64,000 bases of DNA from assembly GCA_964016885.1 (NCBI GenBank), contig OZ024742.1, positions 349,990,001 to 350,054,000 of the forward strand. Direction: 5' to 3'. Every line of letters starts with the position of its first letter. Position 1 is the stretch's first letter. A model generated the notes under the pieces. It did not search any database. It saw only the letters and a program-made list of their open reading frames with translations, and was not told the DNA's origin. The translations under genes were made by a program, and so were the position numbers. This DNA is from Eledone cirrhosa. Its lineage: Eukaryota. Below are positions 61,592 to 64,000 of the stretch, piece by piece.

Positions 61592-62346
61592 CATATATAT
61601 ATTCGATCGACTTTCGTCAAATCGAACGTGTTCTTATTGAAGATGGTGTAGTACCTATGTTGTATGGGGAAGTGTGTGTTCAGCAAAAGGAAGAAAGTCT
61701 TAGCTATAGGTGTAGAGACCTCTCTATTGAGGGGGGTTGTTCCATTGCTCTTTCCAATTGTTAATACTATCTATCGGTCGCAATTCCAGGTAGAAGGAGC
61801 AACCTAAAATAAAGTGGCTTGCTCAAGGACATAACGCATTGCCCGGTCCGTAAATTGAACTCACAACCTCATGATTGAAAAGCCGATCATTCTGGTCCGT
61901 ACCTTGTTTAGCCATTTTGAATTCGTTTCTGGCGGGGATCATTTAAGAAAAAATCATCGTCCAAGTGAGTTTGTTTCCTGATGATTTCGAAACTTGTGAA
62001 TTTATCCTTGATCGGATATTTCCAAAAAGCGAATGAAACCACATGGGGTAGAAACATCATTTTGGTATGTTTATATACATTTTTTCTTCTAATTTTGATT
62101 TTATACCTAATTGTGTATGCTTGACGATATATTTAATCGATTTCCACGTGCTATTAGAAATGGTGGGTAAATATTCTATAGCTGTAGATCGCGGATAGAT
62201 AGCTGTTGTTTATTTATGTATTATTTCTTCATAGATGCCTTTTAATCTTATAGTCTTGTTTAATTGGTTTTTTGTGTGGTTGATTATGCTGATTGGGAGA
62301 GGAAATAATGTATATATTTTATCAAATGATTCTATGGACATACTTT

Positions 62347-62384
<38 letters not shown>

Positions 62385-62506
62385 GATCTACCAACTCATA
62401 ATATTATAATATTATAAAATTAAATCAAATTATTTAACACTACAAGTGAATTCTTTCCTTTCCTTTTTTCAAATATACCTAACTGTACCAAGGATCTCAC
62501 ACATTT

Positions 62507-62544
<38 letters not shown>

Positions 62545-62998
62545 ATGTGTGTGTATTCACACACACACATATATATATATATTGTTATACTTGGGGAGTG
62601 TCATGTTGCCAATAAAAGCACCCCTGTTTAATTTCACTACAGGTCTACTAGTAAACAGAAAGTAAATCCACCTTCAATGGGAAGCTTGGATGGAATAACG
62701 ATAATCTCACGACCTACTAACGACAATATAAGAATTAATGACGACACACAAGAATCAATCTAAATAGTGGGGTGGGGGAGGACAAACATAAACCCTTCCG
62801 TGATAGAATACAGTAGAATACAGGAATAGAATGATTACCACGTGACTGGTGATAGAATGAAAAACGACATAGTCGCACATTCACACGAAAGCCTGGCGAG
62901 AAACAAGTCATAAATACATACATACATGCACAGATATACGTACACACGTGTATACACATGACACACACAGCAGCTTGTATAAGTAGCAACACACAAAG

Positions 62999-63061
<63 letters not shown>

Positions 63062-63553
63062 CACAAATCCACACGCATGTGCAGATGACATACAAAGCAC
63101 AGATAGAAAAGCTGGAGTAAATAAACCAAAATCAGAACAACGAGAAGACGAAGAGAAACAAAAATAGTTACAGAAAGGGTTACTGAAAGGGTTACAGTAT
63201 GGTGTCGAAAGTGCTTTGATTCTTAGATATGACAATCAAATAACCATACTGTCAGTGAACTAACCGACGAATATATCAGTTATCTAAGTAATAACTGAAA
63301 TAAAACTAAACTAGTGTATTTATTGGTAACATATCTCTCTCATATTATAACTATTTCAATGCCTGATTTCACATCGAAAAGACTTGCAAAACAAATGGAA
63401 ATACGAAGTACATACTAACACACGCACGCAAATATATATATATACACTCAGATACATATATATGTATGGATATATACATATGTGTATATAAGTATTGATA
63501 TATATATATATAAGTATATATATATAAATATATAAATATATATAAATATATAA

Positions 63554-63619
<66 letters not shown>

Positions 63620-63655
63620 ACAGATATTTGAGCAGGAACACTTTTATATATGTAC

Positions 63656-63711
<56 letters not shown>

Positions 63712-63882
63712 CATATATATCTGCGTGTATGTATGTATGTGTGTGTGTGAGAGAATTTGGGCATGTATGTGTATGTTTGTAAGATAATTTAAATATGATT
63801 AAAATCTCTATAACGCAGCTGAATGAAAAGCAGACATCAAAAGAACATAAACATACACGTATAAATGCAAAAATACATACAT

Positions 63883-63993
<111 letters not shown>

Positions 63994-64000
63994 TATATAC

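Noticed and set aside
61978-61998. CTGATGA TTTC GAAA
   Set aside because: There is no room for stem II.

Overview
AT-rich eukaryotic intergenic or intronic DNA. The SINE families and dense (TA)n/(CA)n microsatellites suggest a coleoid cephalopod (octopus-like) genome; this is inference. No host protein-coding gene is supportable. The first 11.2 kb is a 35-bp satellite with higher-order structure. The rest is dominated by Penelope-like retroelements (PLEs, mostly Neptune-type RT + GIY-YIG remnants) and short non-autonomous derivatives, which appear as asymmetric fold-back palindromes inserted in (TA)n tracts. Many carry minimal type I hammerhead ribozyme (HHR) motifs with palindromic stem III. 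The standout is a 591-bp non-coding unit repeated 3.4 times (33910-35925). Each full unit ends in an HHR with a compensatory U3-A8 core (UUGAUAA) and a branched helix II, and the array begins about 5 nt after the predicted cleavage site, as expected for a retrozyme-like element made from circular or multimeric RNA. Also present are decayed R4/Dong-type, Tx1-like and RTE-like LINEs and tRNA-derived SINEs. All structures and coordinates were read by eye and repeat boundaries are approximate.
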